IMG/VR virus record: IMGVR_UViG_3300008448_000052
Direction: 5' to 3' (one strand)
Origin: a virus
Length of the DNA: 64,000 nt
The translations under genes were made by a program, and so were the position numbers. Of this stretch, positions 56,329 to 64,000 are shown one piece after another. A model generated the notes under the pieces. The model ran no database searches, was not told where the DNA came from, and saw only the letters and a list, made by a program, of their open reading frames with translations. How positions within the stretch are numbered: the first letter of the stretch is position 1; every line of letters begins with the position of its first letter.

Positions 56329-56562
56329 TTAGGGTTTTTCATGTTTAGTTTTCTTTTTGGGTTTAGACTTAGGCTTGGGTTTATATTTTTGGACTACTCC
56401 TATGTAGTAGTAGTCTGTAAAGCATTCTAAGCCCTCAATGAAGTCATGCTTAGTATAATTAGTCCAGTCTTTAGACCTATCTTCATTGACTAGGTTAACC
56501 ACTTTTCTAGTAGTTAGCACAAAGAATTTTCCAGTTTCATAATGTTGTATGACGTGTAGCAT
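56329..56562 (-). CDS. hypothetical protein (basic C-terminal tail)
   Basis: 77-aa ORF. Confidence 0.35.
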   Translation of the reverse strand: MLHVIQHYETGKFFVLTTRKVVNLVNEDRSKDWTNYTKHDFIEGLECFTDYYYIGVVQKYKPKPKSKPKKKTKHEKP

Positions 56563-56831
56563 TAGTTCAACCTATGTATTTCAGTACGTCCAGAAACAGA
56601 CAACTTCTCAGGTAGCATATAAATGGCACCTTGTTTAGTTTCTAAGACGTTGACAAGCTCACGTCCTGAAATTAGGTCTATACGTTTATGAAATTCGGGC
56701 TTCATACGTTCTTTCAGGACAAACTTAATTTGTTCTTTTCTCTTGTTTTCTTTTTGGACATCTTCCATACGTCCAGTAGGTTTAGAGCTAAAATTCATAA
56801 ACTTAGTAAAAATCATTTTTATTTTCCCCAT
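56562..56831 (-). CDS. hypothetical protein
   Basis: 89-aa ORF. Confidence 0.35.
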   Translation of the reverse strand: MGKIKMIFTKFMNFSSKPTGRMEDVQKENKRKEQIKFVLKERMKPEFHKRIDLISGRELVNVLETKQGAIYMLPEKLSVSGRTEIHRLN

Positions 56832-57079
56832 GTAAAAGTAGACACATTGTTTATTTTGGCTATTGTTTCGGACATTATACCCTTACGACTAAGTATGTAA
56901 GCTAGTTCCAATTTAGTCAAGGGTTTAGTAAGCAGTAGTCCTAAAGAGGTGTCGTTAGAACATGCTTTGACGTTTTCTATAAGCCTATCTAGACGTTCTT
57001 TACACTTGGCACATACAAGGCTGTTTAAGGCTTCTCGATGTGTTATAGGACTAGCTAAGGCTTTTTCTAAATTTAACAT
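56819..57079 (-). CDS. small putative HTH regulator
   Basis: 86 aa; C-terminal LTKLELAYILSRKGIMSETIAKINNVS resembles a LuxR/sigma-r4-type HTH. Confidence 0.35.
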   Translation of the reverse strand: MLNLEKALASPITHREALNSLVCAKCKERLDRLIENVKACSNDTSLGLLLTKPLTKLELAYILSRKGIMSETIAKINNVSTFTWGK

Positions 57080-57081
57080 GG

Positions 57082-57441
57082 TTACCCCTTGTTGAATGTG
57101 TCATAATTCAAGTTTTTAACATGTTGGAAATGGTTACGTCTATCATATTTCATCATGTTTATGATAGTCAAAATTCTACCTATGATGCTAGGTTTATGCC
57201 ATGCCGTCAATGCTGCACCACTAGTGAAACAAGATGGATAAAAACCACGTTTAGACAAATAGGCATAATGCTCATCTAAGTTTTTTAATGACATTTCAAT
57301 GGTAGGTATGTAGTATTCACATAATCCGCTAGAGTGTAATATTCTAATTCTGTTTAAGAAGTTTGGTCTATATGAAACTAAACTGATAAAAGGCTTACCA
57401 CTAGTCCAGAATAAAAACTTCCAATAGGTTTTAAAGTTCAT
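57082..57441 (-). CDS. hypothetical protein
   Basis: 119-aa ORF. Confidence 0.35.
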   Translation of the reverse strand: MNFKTYWKFLFWTSGKPFISLVSYRPNFLNRIRILHSSGLCEYYIPTIEMSLKNLDEHYAYLSKRGFYPSCFTSGAALTAWHKPSIIGRILTIINMMKYDRRNHFQHVKNLNYDTFNKG

Positions 57442-57468
57442 TTATTACCTCTTTTATATGTTATATAT

Positions 57469-57717
57469 TTAGCCATGTTTAACTCTTTCTTTGAATTCAT
57501 AAAAGTCTGAATTGTCTTCATAGTTTAACGTATTATCGTCTTCAAAATATAGACTAGGTTCTTGCTCTATGTCTGTAGAGTATTCGTAAAGCTTCCCACC
57601 AGACTGCTGTTGATATTCTATGGCGTCTTGTTCCAATAAGAATACTTCATCTGGGTAGTCATTATCCTCAGAGTCATAGGCAATGTCGGTGCATACTAAA
57701 TAGATAGTTGTTTTCAT
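57469..57717 (-). CDS. hypothetical acidic protein
   Basis: 82-aa ORF, D/E/Y-rich. Confidence 0.35.
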   Translation of the reverse strand: MKTTIYLVCTDIAYDSEDNDYPDEVFLLEQDAIEYQQQSGGKLYEYSTDIEQEPSLYFEDDNTLNYEDNSDFYEFKERVKHG

Positions 57718-57718
57718 A

Positions 57719-58003
57719 TTATAATTCTTTACTAAATTCGATTGATTGAACTGGATATAAAGCTATCATTTCAATGTTGTCTCGTAATTCACCAAAGTTG
57801 ACATTTAGTTTTAAATTAAAGCCATTAACTCTATAGCCTTGTTCTTTTATTAAGCTTTTAGCTTTTTCAAAATAAATAGGTTTTGTTTCATCACTTAGTT
57901 TCACATGACCTTCTATTTGAGCCACCTTAACTATTTGAAACTTTGAAGTTCTTTTACCTTTTTTTATGCCATTGAATGATACATATACGTTCGTAATTTG
58001 CAT
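57719..58003 (-). CDS. hypothetical protein
   Basis: 94-aa ORF. Confidence 0.35.
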   Translation of the reverse strand: MQITNVYVSFNGIKKGKRTSKFQIVKVAQIEGHVKLSDETKPIYFEKAKSLIKEQGYRVNGFNLKLNVNFGELRDNIEMIALYPVQSIEFSKEL

Positions 58004-58051
58004 AAATTCCCCTTTAAACTAATATTATAGACTAAATAAAAAGACTATTGC

Positions 58052-58273
58052 TCATGTTGCTCCCTCTCGTCGCATTACTCTTTTAACGTCACCTTTGACA
58101 TGTTGTAGTGAAAATGGACAGCTAGGTGTTTTAGATGCCACCACTATGCCACCTTTAGGGCTTCGTAGCTTAATAGACTTTGCACCTATGGTAAAAGTCC
58201 AGCCTAGTGCTAGCAGCTCTTTAAAAAATGGTCTAAATTCCCGATGCACATGTTTTAGGTCAAAACTAGTCAT
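58052..58273 (-). CDS. hypothetical protein
   Basis: 73-aa ORF. Confidence 0.3.
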   Translation of the reverse strand: MTSFDLKHVHREFRPFFKELLALGWTFTIGAKSIKLRSPKGGIVVASKTPSCPFSLQHVKGDVKRVMRREGAT

Positions 58274-58374
58274 AATATATCCCTTTTGTTAAAATGAAGT
58301 CCAGACGTTCGCATCCTACTCAGTCCAGACCTCTCCCCTCAAAGCTCACGTCCTATGAGCCTACAAATAATAGC

Positions 58375-58650
58375 CTAAGAGTTAACCAAAAATTGGTCAA
58401 CTATTTTTTTGTCTTCCAAGACCTCAATGAATATTTGTTTTTGACTCATCTTAGCTCGATAGAGTCCAGATAAGCCAATTTCAGCCAAGGCGCCATTTAT
58501 AGCCTTGGTTGTGCTATTGGTTATGAATCCACCATGCTTAAATTTAAGCTGCCCTAGGCTACGTTTAAAACTCAAAACAGTTGTTTCGTATAAAATAGCC
58601 TCAAAATTGTTGGTTGTGCCTACGCTTTTGTATCCCGATTGCTTGTGCAT
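58375..58650 (-). CDS. hypothetical protein
   Basis: 91-aa ORF. Confidence 0.35.
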   Translation of the reverse strand: MHKQSGYKSVGTTNNFEAILYETTVLSFKRSLGQLKFKHGGFITNSTTKAINGALAEIGLSGLYRAKMSQKQIFIEVLEDKKIVDQFLVNS

Positions 58651-58667
58651 ATATTTCTTTCCTTTTA

Positions 58668-59129
58668 TTAGTTTTCAAAGTTTAATGATAGACTAAACTT
58701 TAATCCGTTTAATATTGTATAATCTGAATTAGGGTTTAAACTGAAGCCAAAACCATTGGTTAAGACCTTACCAGTGTAACAGTCAAGCAAGATGTTTTCA
58801 TCATTGTGTCTAAGTAATATAGACTCTTGACCTAGGTCTGCACCTAGTTTTAGCAGTGCATCTAAAAAGCCTATTAGTTCACCCGTAGTTATAGGTCTAG
58901 TGAGTATAATGGCACAAGAGTTTTCTTCTTTGCCACCATATAAACCCTTGGTATTATTTATTATAACGCTGTCAGCCAAGGCTAGTACGTCCAGTCTAGT
59001 CAGTGCATTATTCATAAAGTCTTCAAAGCTATCTACTTTTAAAGATGCCCTATGTTTAGGAGCTTCCCAACTCATCAACATTATAGTGCTATGTTCTACA
59101 ATGTATTGGGCTGCTGTTACTTTGTCCAT
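58668..59129 (-). CDS. hypothetical protein
   Basis: 153-aa ORF. Confidence 0.4.
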   Translation of the reverse strand: MDKVTAAQYIVEHSTIMLMSWEAPKHRASLKVDSFEDFMNNALTRLDVLALADSVIINNTKGLYGGKEENSCAIILTRPITTGELIGFLDALLKLGADLGQESILLRHNDENILLDCYTGKVLTNGFGFSLNPNSDYTILNGLKFSLSLNFEN

Positions 59130-59535
59130 GTTGTCCCCTTTGTTGTTGAGTTAAATATAATTCGTTTTATTTGTTAAAAGCAACGATTATTTTCATGACG
59201 TCCAGTGTCAAACAAAATTAATCGCTAAAGCTTCACTCAATGGCTTCGATCTTTTCATAGACAAAACGTCTTTATAGGCCAAAGGCACCGCATCAAAAGA
59301 CATGGTCTGTATGTTTACCTATGTCACTAGTTACGTCTCACCTTGAGCCGTTTAGAGAGTTTTAGCTTAGTTTTGAATAATGAGTAAAAGTCAAGGCATA
59401 TAAACTTAGTTAACGCATTGTGTCATAAATAGGGTAGGGTTACATTATCAACTTCTTTAAAAGAATTAGCAAGACTCATAAAGAATAGCACAATGGAACG
59501 AAAATGCAACTAGAAATGCGTTGCGTCAAAAAGTG

Positions 59536-59572
59536 AGTAAAAAGAAGGCACCAAGTATAAACAAGGTGCCTA
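59536..59572 (-). terminator. rho-independent terminator (minus strand)
   Basis: Minus-strand GGCACC-12 nt-GGTGCC stem followed by TTCTTTTT; 40 nt downstream of the gene ending at 59615. Confidence 0.5.
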
Positions 59573-59614
59573 AGAGTGTCCGATAGGACGTTGTAACGAA
59601 AGTCTAGACGACGT

Positions 59615-60001
59615 CTAAACTAGTGCAATGAGATAGGGGTTATTCTTTACTTTTAAAGCCGCTTTATAAGCAGATAAGGCCATAGCAACACTGCGCTCGT
59701 CTGTAATAAGTTTTAAGTCATTACTCATTTTAGCCTTGACTACATCTTGAGCAGCTCCAATAAGTGAAGTTTTTAAATAATATTGCCAAGCTGTCATATT
59801 ATCATGCATGACTAATAGTTGAGCAATGTATATAAGACTTTCATTATCAGCAGACTCTAGGTCAAAGTCCAGCATCATGTCACCCATAGCTGAAAAAGAC
59901 TTAGAGCAATTAATAACTCTACGTCTAAGCTCTTGACATCTTTTGTGTGTTAGCCGTTGTTTAGGTTTGTTTTGGTTTAGTTGTGTCGCTAGTTGATTCA
60001 T
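59615..60001 (-). CDS. hypothetical protein
   Basis: 128-aa ORF. Confidence 0.4.
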   Translation of the reverse strand: MNQLATQLNQNKPKQRLTHKRCQELRRRVINCSKSFSAMGDMMLDFDLESADNESLIYIAQLLVMHDNMTAWQYYLKTSLIGAAQDVVKAKMSNDLKLITDERSVAMALSAYKAALKVKNNPYLIALV

Positions 60002-60132
60002 TTTGTCCCCTTTGGTTTGTTATAGACTTACAATAATTGATCGGTTAAACAAGGTCAAACTAATAATTTTTAGTTTGCCACGTAGTGTCAAGGTAATGCC
60101 AAACTTTTCATAACGCTTTGCGGTGTACATGG

Positions 60133-60237
60133 TCATAATGCACCAAAAAAGAATATGATGCTGAATGTCAATGCTGCCATGCAACATAGGTCAATAGCCA
60201 TTTGTTTAGTGCTTGGTATTTCATCATTTAGTTTCAT
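60133..60237 (-). CDS. small hydrophobic peptide (34 aa) candidate
   Basis: Below the track's size cutoff; ATG at 60237 with AAAGAGG SD 5 nt upstream; MKLNDEIPSTKQMAIDLCCMAALTFSIIFFFGAL. Confidence 0.25.
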   Translation of the reverse strand: MKLNDEIPSTKQMAIDLCCMAALTFSIIFFFGAL

Positions 60238-60257
60238 TATTGCCTCTTTATTAGTCA

Positions 60258-60713
60258 TTAATTACTCAAGCTTTCACCATTGCTTAAATGGAATGTATTA
60301 CGCTCTGAGTCAATGCCTAATAAGCTACCACTAGCACTGGTTATGTTATTACCCGAATAAACAGTGTTAAGTTCTACGCTTAATTCTAAGTGAAATAATT
60401 CAGACTCGTCTAGCTCATTTAATAGGCACTTAATAATAGGTGGCCAGATTAAAGCATTGGCACACAAAATTCTGTTTTCAATGATAAGCCTAAAACAATA
60501 GCACACTTTGCCATACTTTAGATTAGACTCGTTTAGTTTATTAGCTCTGTTTAATAATTGAGCTGCACGTAAAATGAGCTTTCTTTTATGCACCAAGTTA
60601 CCATAACACTTCGTGTAATATTTAGTGTTAGCTAAGTTTATATTATAAGATGCTTTCATTATTAGCACTGATATAAGCCATTGCCGTTGTTTTTGTTTAT
60701 TTTTAAATCTCAT
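60258..60713 (-). CDS. hypothetical protein
   Basis: 151-aa ORF. Confidence 0.4.
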   Translation of the reverse strand: MRFKNKQKQRQWLISVLIMKASYNINLANTKYYTKCYGNLVHKRKLILRAAQLLNRANKLNESNLKYGKVCYCFRLIIENRILCANALIWPPIIKCLLNELDESELFHLELSVELNTVYSGNNITSASGSLLGIDSERNTFHLSNGESLSN

Positions 60714-61083
60714 AGCGCCCCCTTTGTTTTGGTTATTTACTTAATTTAGCACAATTTAGGAACTTTACAACACCAAATGCACTGCGTTAATTGCTTCGCT
60801 CATACTTTTAGACCAAAGACCGACCAAAGCGATACAACTATTTCATAGGGAAAACGTCTTAATACTGTCACCATTGAATTATTTTAGTCGGGTCTATATA
60901 TTGACCAGCTTAAGAAATGATGCGGTGCTATGGCTCTAATAGGCTTAAATTCGATAAACTACTAAAAGTCAAAGAATACTTTTAATGCAGGACGTTAGAT
61001 AAAAACCAATAAAAAACTAGCCCAATCTCCAGAATATCAAAAAAATCAACTAGTTACAAGCCACACTGCGTCAAAGAAATGCC

Positions 61084-61108
61084 ATAAAAAAAGGCACCTT
61101 TCGATGCC
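61084..61108 (-). terminator. rho-independent terminator (minus strand only)
   Basis: Minus-strand GGCAUC-GAAA-GGUGCC (6-bp stem with one G.U pair, GNRA loop) then UUUUUUU; on the plus strand the same position would be a C-A mismatch, so it is strand-specific. Confidence 0.55.
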
Positions 61109-61136
61109 CTTTGTTAAACTATAGCTCGTTTAGTGC

Positions 61137-61367
61137 TTATAGACGCATGATGTCATTGAGTGAGTAAAAAATGCCGCTGTCAGTGTAAAGCCCAGACTCG
61201 CCGTCTTGCGTTTCGTCTTGATAGACTATTTTACCCTTGCTAATAGCACCATTCAAGAATTGATAGGCAACATAGTCTTCGATGCCATGCGTTATTTTAA
61301 ATATTTTAAGTAAACCATCGCTAGATGCTGCTATAGGATTGGACACTTCGTGACTTGTTAGTTTCAT
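61137..61367 (-). CDS. hypothetical protein
   Basis: 76-aa ORF followed by a terminator. Confidence 0.4.
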   Translation of the reverse strand: MKLTSHEVSNPIAASSDGLLKIFKITHGIEDYVAYQFLNGAISKGKIVYQDETQDGESGLYTDSGIFYSLNDIMRL

Positions 61368-61368
61368 A

Positions 61369-61638
61369 TTAAGCTCTCTTTCGTAGAATTGTTTTTAAGA
61401 CGTGTTTAGTTACTGTTTTAAACTTAAGCGGTGAAAACTCGATGACATCGCAAGACTCTGAACCATGACCAGAATAGCCTAGGCAATAGTTCATAAAATG
61501 GACGTCAAGACGTGCATCGCTAGGGTCATCTAGTATGACGGCCATAGCTTGAGCCATAGACTCAAATCCCGCATAAACGTAATACCGCTTTTTAGTCTTG
61601 ACTGTTTTTAGGGTTAAAATTGGTTCTTGCTTATACAT
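61369..61638 (-). CDS. hypothetical protein
   Basis: 89-aa ORF. Confidence 0.4.
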   Translation of the reverse strand: MYKQEPILTLKTVKTKKRYYVYAGFESMAQAMAVILDDPSDARLDVHFMNYCLGYSGHGSESCDVIEFSPLKFKTVTKHVLKTILRKRA

Positions 61639-62074
61639 TGAGCACTCCTTTAAATAGGTTATTGTTTTGTAAAATGGACTTAGTAAACGCTACTTGATCG
61701 GCGACAAAAACGCCGTTTTGTTTATAATAGAGAGCTTGCTCTGTTATTTCGCATTGCGTTATGGCTCTAATATAGGGACAAGCTACTAGGCTAGACTGAT
61801 AGTCACCTAGTGTCACCTCATCGGCTACGCTAAAGCCTAAACCAGACTTTAGGTGACAAGCGTCATGAATGGCTCTAAATGCCCAATTAACTTGTTTATC
61901 ATTCCATAGCGTATTGTCAGAGGCTCCAGACCATATGACTAGCGTCTTATGATTGAATAGATCAGCCTCAGTGTTAGACGCTAGGTCGGCAACTCTATAC
62001 TTGATAGAGCTAGCCGCTTTTAAGATGCTATGGTTTAAATAGTTCGCAAAGTCAGGTTTAAATATACTTTTCAT
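61631..62074 (-). CDS. hypothetical protein
   Basis: 147-aa ORF, first minus gene after the strand switch. Confidence 0.4.
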   Translation of the reverse strand: MKSIFKPDFANYLNHSILKAASSIKYRVADLASNTEADLFNHKTLVIWSGASDNTLWNDKQVNWAFRAIHDACHLKSGLGFSVADEVTLGDYQSSLVACPYIRAITQCEITEQALYYKQNGVFVADQVAFTKSILQNNNLFKGVLNV

Positions 62075-62316
62075 AATTCTAATATAGTCGAATAGCTTTG
62101 AGAGTACAAGTAAAAAAAGACTAATTTTTTACGTTAGCACTTGCGTCATAGTCGAATAGCTAGGGTTAAAATGACGCCATATGTCAATATAATGCTTAAT
62201 GCGTCGATAGATTGATAGGGTTAAGCGATAATGGTTATCAATTAGACTCACTCACTCTCTTGCAAATTCCATACCAACTCGTTTAATGACGCATCTAGTC
62301 ACCTAAAATAAAGTTC

Positions 62317-62346
62317 TTGACAATGCACCGTGTCATGAGTTACACT
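62317..62346 (+). promoter_or_regulatory. sigma70-like promoter TTGACA-17/18-TACACT
   Basis: TTGACA 62317-62322; TTACAC/TACACT 62340-62346. Confidence 0.4.
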
Positions 62347-62802
62347 AAACTAGTGCTTTGCTTGTTTATTCATAAACCCGATAATCCGCTAGACGACATG
62401 TTATGACGCAATACAGCAAGTTGTTTAGACGCATTATGTTAGGCATAGGTTTTGCTAGTGCAATAGTTGTGCCAACATATTTCAATGCATAGGTTATAGG
62501 TTAAGTCAAGTGTTGACTCAATGTGTCATGAAGAATTCTTTGGTATGGTTCTTGCAATAGCAATATGCATGCCAGTATTCTACATTGCACTGCGTCTAAC
62601 GCTATGCGTTAACACGGTGTGTCATACGAATTTACTTGACTAACGCGGGGTGTTAGGGGGGTAGGGTGACATCGAATGGGGGTGATGCTTTTGCCGGCTC
62701 TGTCGAACATTCAGTCAATACAATCCTAATCGACTAGACCTTTACTAGACACCCCCCCTGTTGACTTTTACATCCTGAATTCTTTGGCTATATATTTTTT
62801 CC

Positions 62803-62831
62803 TTGACAAATCGTAATCGACTGGCTATACT
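62803..62831 (+). promoter_or_regulatory. consensus sigma70 promoter TTGACA-17-TATACT
   Basis: TTGACAAATcGTAaTC...TATACT; shares TTGACAAATNGTANTC with the 37.7-kb promoter; 32 nt upstream of the gene at 62864. Confidence 0.5.
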
Positions 62832-62863
62832 GTTTACTTAACCCAAAACAAAGGTAAAACATC

Positions 62864-63136
62864 ATGAGTCCTATATACATCGTAACTATGCGTAGATGGG
62901 GTGACGCTGAGTCACACAGCTACATCATAGGTGCATTCAGTGACCTAGCTAAGGCATTTATTGAGGGTATAGAGAACAAGCTCTTTAGAGGTGGCAAGTA
63001 TGAGCCTTTCATAGAAGAATGCTTTGTAGACCAGAACTATGTTAAAGAAGTGTCCTTGACAGTGGCTTTACAGTATGCTAAACTAAAACACCCTGAACGC
63101 TTTGACGACAGGGGTAACCTAAAGGAAATAGAATGA
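62864..63136 (+). CDS. hypothetical protein
   Basis: 90-aa ORF behind a consensus promoter. Confidence 0.45.
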   Translation: MSPIYIVTMRRWGDAESHSYIIGAFSDLAKAFIEGIENKLFRGGKYEPFIEECFVDQNYVKEVSLTVALQYAKLKHPERFDDRGNLKEIE

Positions 63137-63363
63137 AAACAAAACCGAATAGCCCAGCACACCCAACAGACGTAACGACTCACATACAAGCTGGCCTTAC
63201 AAAGAGAGAATACTTTGCGGCTATGGCTATGCAGGGACTTTTAGCCAAAGGTTACGACTATCGTAGCGAAAACTGGATTGTAGACACTGAAAGAGTTGCT
63301 TATTTTGCAATTCAACTAGCAGACGCTCTAATCATCGAACTCAATATACCAGTAAAGGAATAG
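63133..63363 (+). CDS. hypothetical protein
   Basis: 76-aa ORF, ATGA-coupled. Confidence 0.4.
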   Translation: MKTKPNSPAHPTDVTTHIQAGLTKREYFAAMAMQGLLAKGYDYRSENWIVDTERVAYFAIQLADALIIELNIPVKE

Positions 63364-63364
63364 A

Positions 63365-63700
63365 ATGAAGGAAAGCCGCTATATACAAAGATGGGAAGCT
63401 ATGGCAATATGTGAAAAAGAGTTTGAATGGCGTAAATGGATAAAGGACATACCCTTCATCCAGTGGCCCTCTGACTGGAAGGTAAAGGCCGTACCCCCGT
63501 TTGCTGGTGCTGTCATTCGTTACCTTGTACAAACCCCTAAAGGTGAGGCTTCGGTGTACCTTGACTGTTACGATCAACTAGGATGCATGGGTGAGCCCTA
63601 TTGGGAGGTTTACCCAGTAGAAGATGATGTTGAAAGATGCTTAATGAATGAAACCGATAAGCTGTTAGAAATACTTAGTAGAGTTATAAATAATAGATAG
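63365..63700 (+). CDS. hypothetical protein
   Basis: 111-aa ORF, AAGGAA SD. Confidence 0.45.
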   Translation: MKESRYIQRWEAMAICEKEFEWRKWIKDIPFIQWPSDWKVKAVPPFAGAVIRYLVQTPKGEASVYLDCYDQLGCMGEPYWEVYPVEDDVERCLMNETDKLLEILSRVINNR

Positions 63701-63720
63701 AAATAGAATAGGAAGTAAAT

Positions 63721-63996
63721 ATGTCGATGCCTAAAATAATGTTCATTGCAGAAAATTATTGGTACTCAGATGAAGACGCACCTGCCACTAGAAGCTATGA
63801 TGCTTATGAGGTGGAGAAACCTGTGGGTGTGCCTACACCTATGGTTAAGTTTATATCATACAGTGAATATGAACGCCTTGAGGCTGCTTATGATGAGGCT
63901 ATAGGAGCTTTAGTTAGTCTGGCTGATATAACCAAACCCACTGGTTTAATTAAAGTTAAGATTGAGCACATTTCAAAAAAAGGTGGTATTAAATGA
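63721..63996 (+). CDS. hypothetical protein
   Basis: 91-aa ORF, AGGAAG SD. Confidence 0.45.
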   Translation: MSMPKIMFIAENYWYSDEDAPATRSYDAYEVEKPVGVPTPMVKFISYSEYERLEAAYDEAIGALVSLADITKPTGLIKVKIEHISKKGGIK

Positions 63997-64000
63997 GTGA

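Noticed and set aside
56206-56430. 74-aa + strand ORF downstream of the iteron array
   Set aside because: It overlaps the minus-strand gene 56329-56562, has no SD, and its hydrophobic low-complexity translation looks like the antisense of a real gene. It is more likely non-coding transcript space for the + strand promoters.
58052-58273. HicA-like toxin assignment for the 73-aa ORF
   Set aside because: Only a loose G-W...K...P-G pattern is shared; the conserved HicA His is absent; left as hypothetical.
1-64000. CRISPR arrays, integrase/attP, transposase or IS elements
   Set aside because: No regularly spaced direct repeats, no tyrosine or serine recombinase, and no transposase-like ORF were seen. 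The only mobile elements are homing endonucleases (3 HNH, 1 GIY-YIG).

Overview
This 64-kb window is a slice of a virulent (no integrase seen) dsDNA phage genome, roughly 37% GC by eye. Many genes have Shine-Dalgarno sites, and several promoters are near-perfect TTGACA-17-TATACT. That points to a host with an E. coli-like sigma70 and SD usage rather than a Bacteroidetes-type host. Layout: (i) 1-20.2 kb, + strand: late/structural module. It holds a scaffold-like C-terminus, the major capsid protein with an intrinsic terminator, an M15 cell-wall peptidase, a repeat-containing 916-aa tail fibre, and very large Q/N-rich or coiled-coil virion proteins (1149, 615, 335, 466 and 968 aa). A 16-nt perfectly conserved motif TAACAAGTAATAATAG (26 nt near-identical in two copies) recurs 4 times in the window and looks like a phage-specific promoter. 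An HNH endonuclease and an oppositely oriented three-gene island with its own sigma70 promoter sit inside this module. (ii) 20.4-55.6 kb, - strand: holin/spanin-like membrane proteins, an HNH, a ClpP-like protease, and a large metallophosphoesterase. A family-B DNA polymerase is split into two ORFs by a GIY-YIG homing endonuclease. Then come an AEP-primase/DnaB-like helicase, an ERF annealase plus Cas4-like nuclease, and a NadV/Namat-like gene plus a Prs/Adps-like gene (NAD+ reconstitution). Also here are a tRNA-like element behind a consensus promoter, a free-standing sigma-region-4 HTH, a flotillin (SPFH) protein, a tripartite Pnkp-like RNA-repair enzyme, and a further HNH. The block also carries a tightly coupled ubiquitin-like conjugation operon (Ubl - E2-like - JAB - E1 - AAA+ ATPase), which is probably the most novel system in the window. 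(iii) 55.6-62.9 kb: early region of small - strand genes separated by long non-coding stretches. The largest gap (55.59-56.33 kb) has + strand promoters firing into an iteron-like repeat array, a candidate origin or ncRNA; two strand-specific intrinsic terminators are also present. (iv) 62.9-64 kb: + strand small genes behind two consensus promoters.
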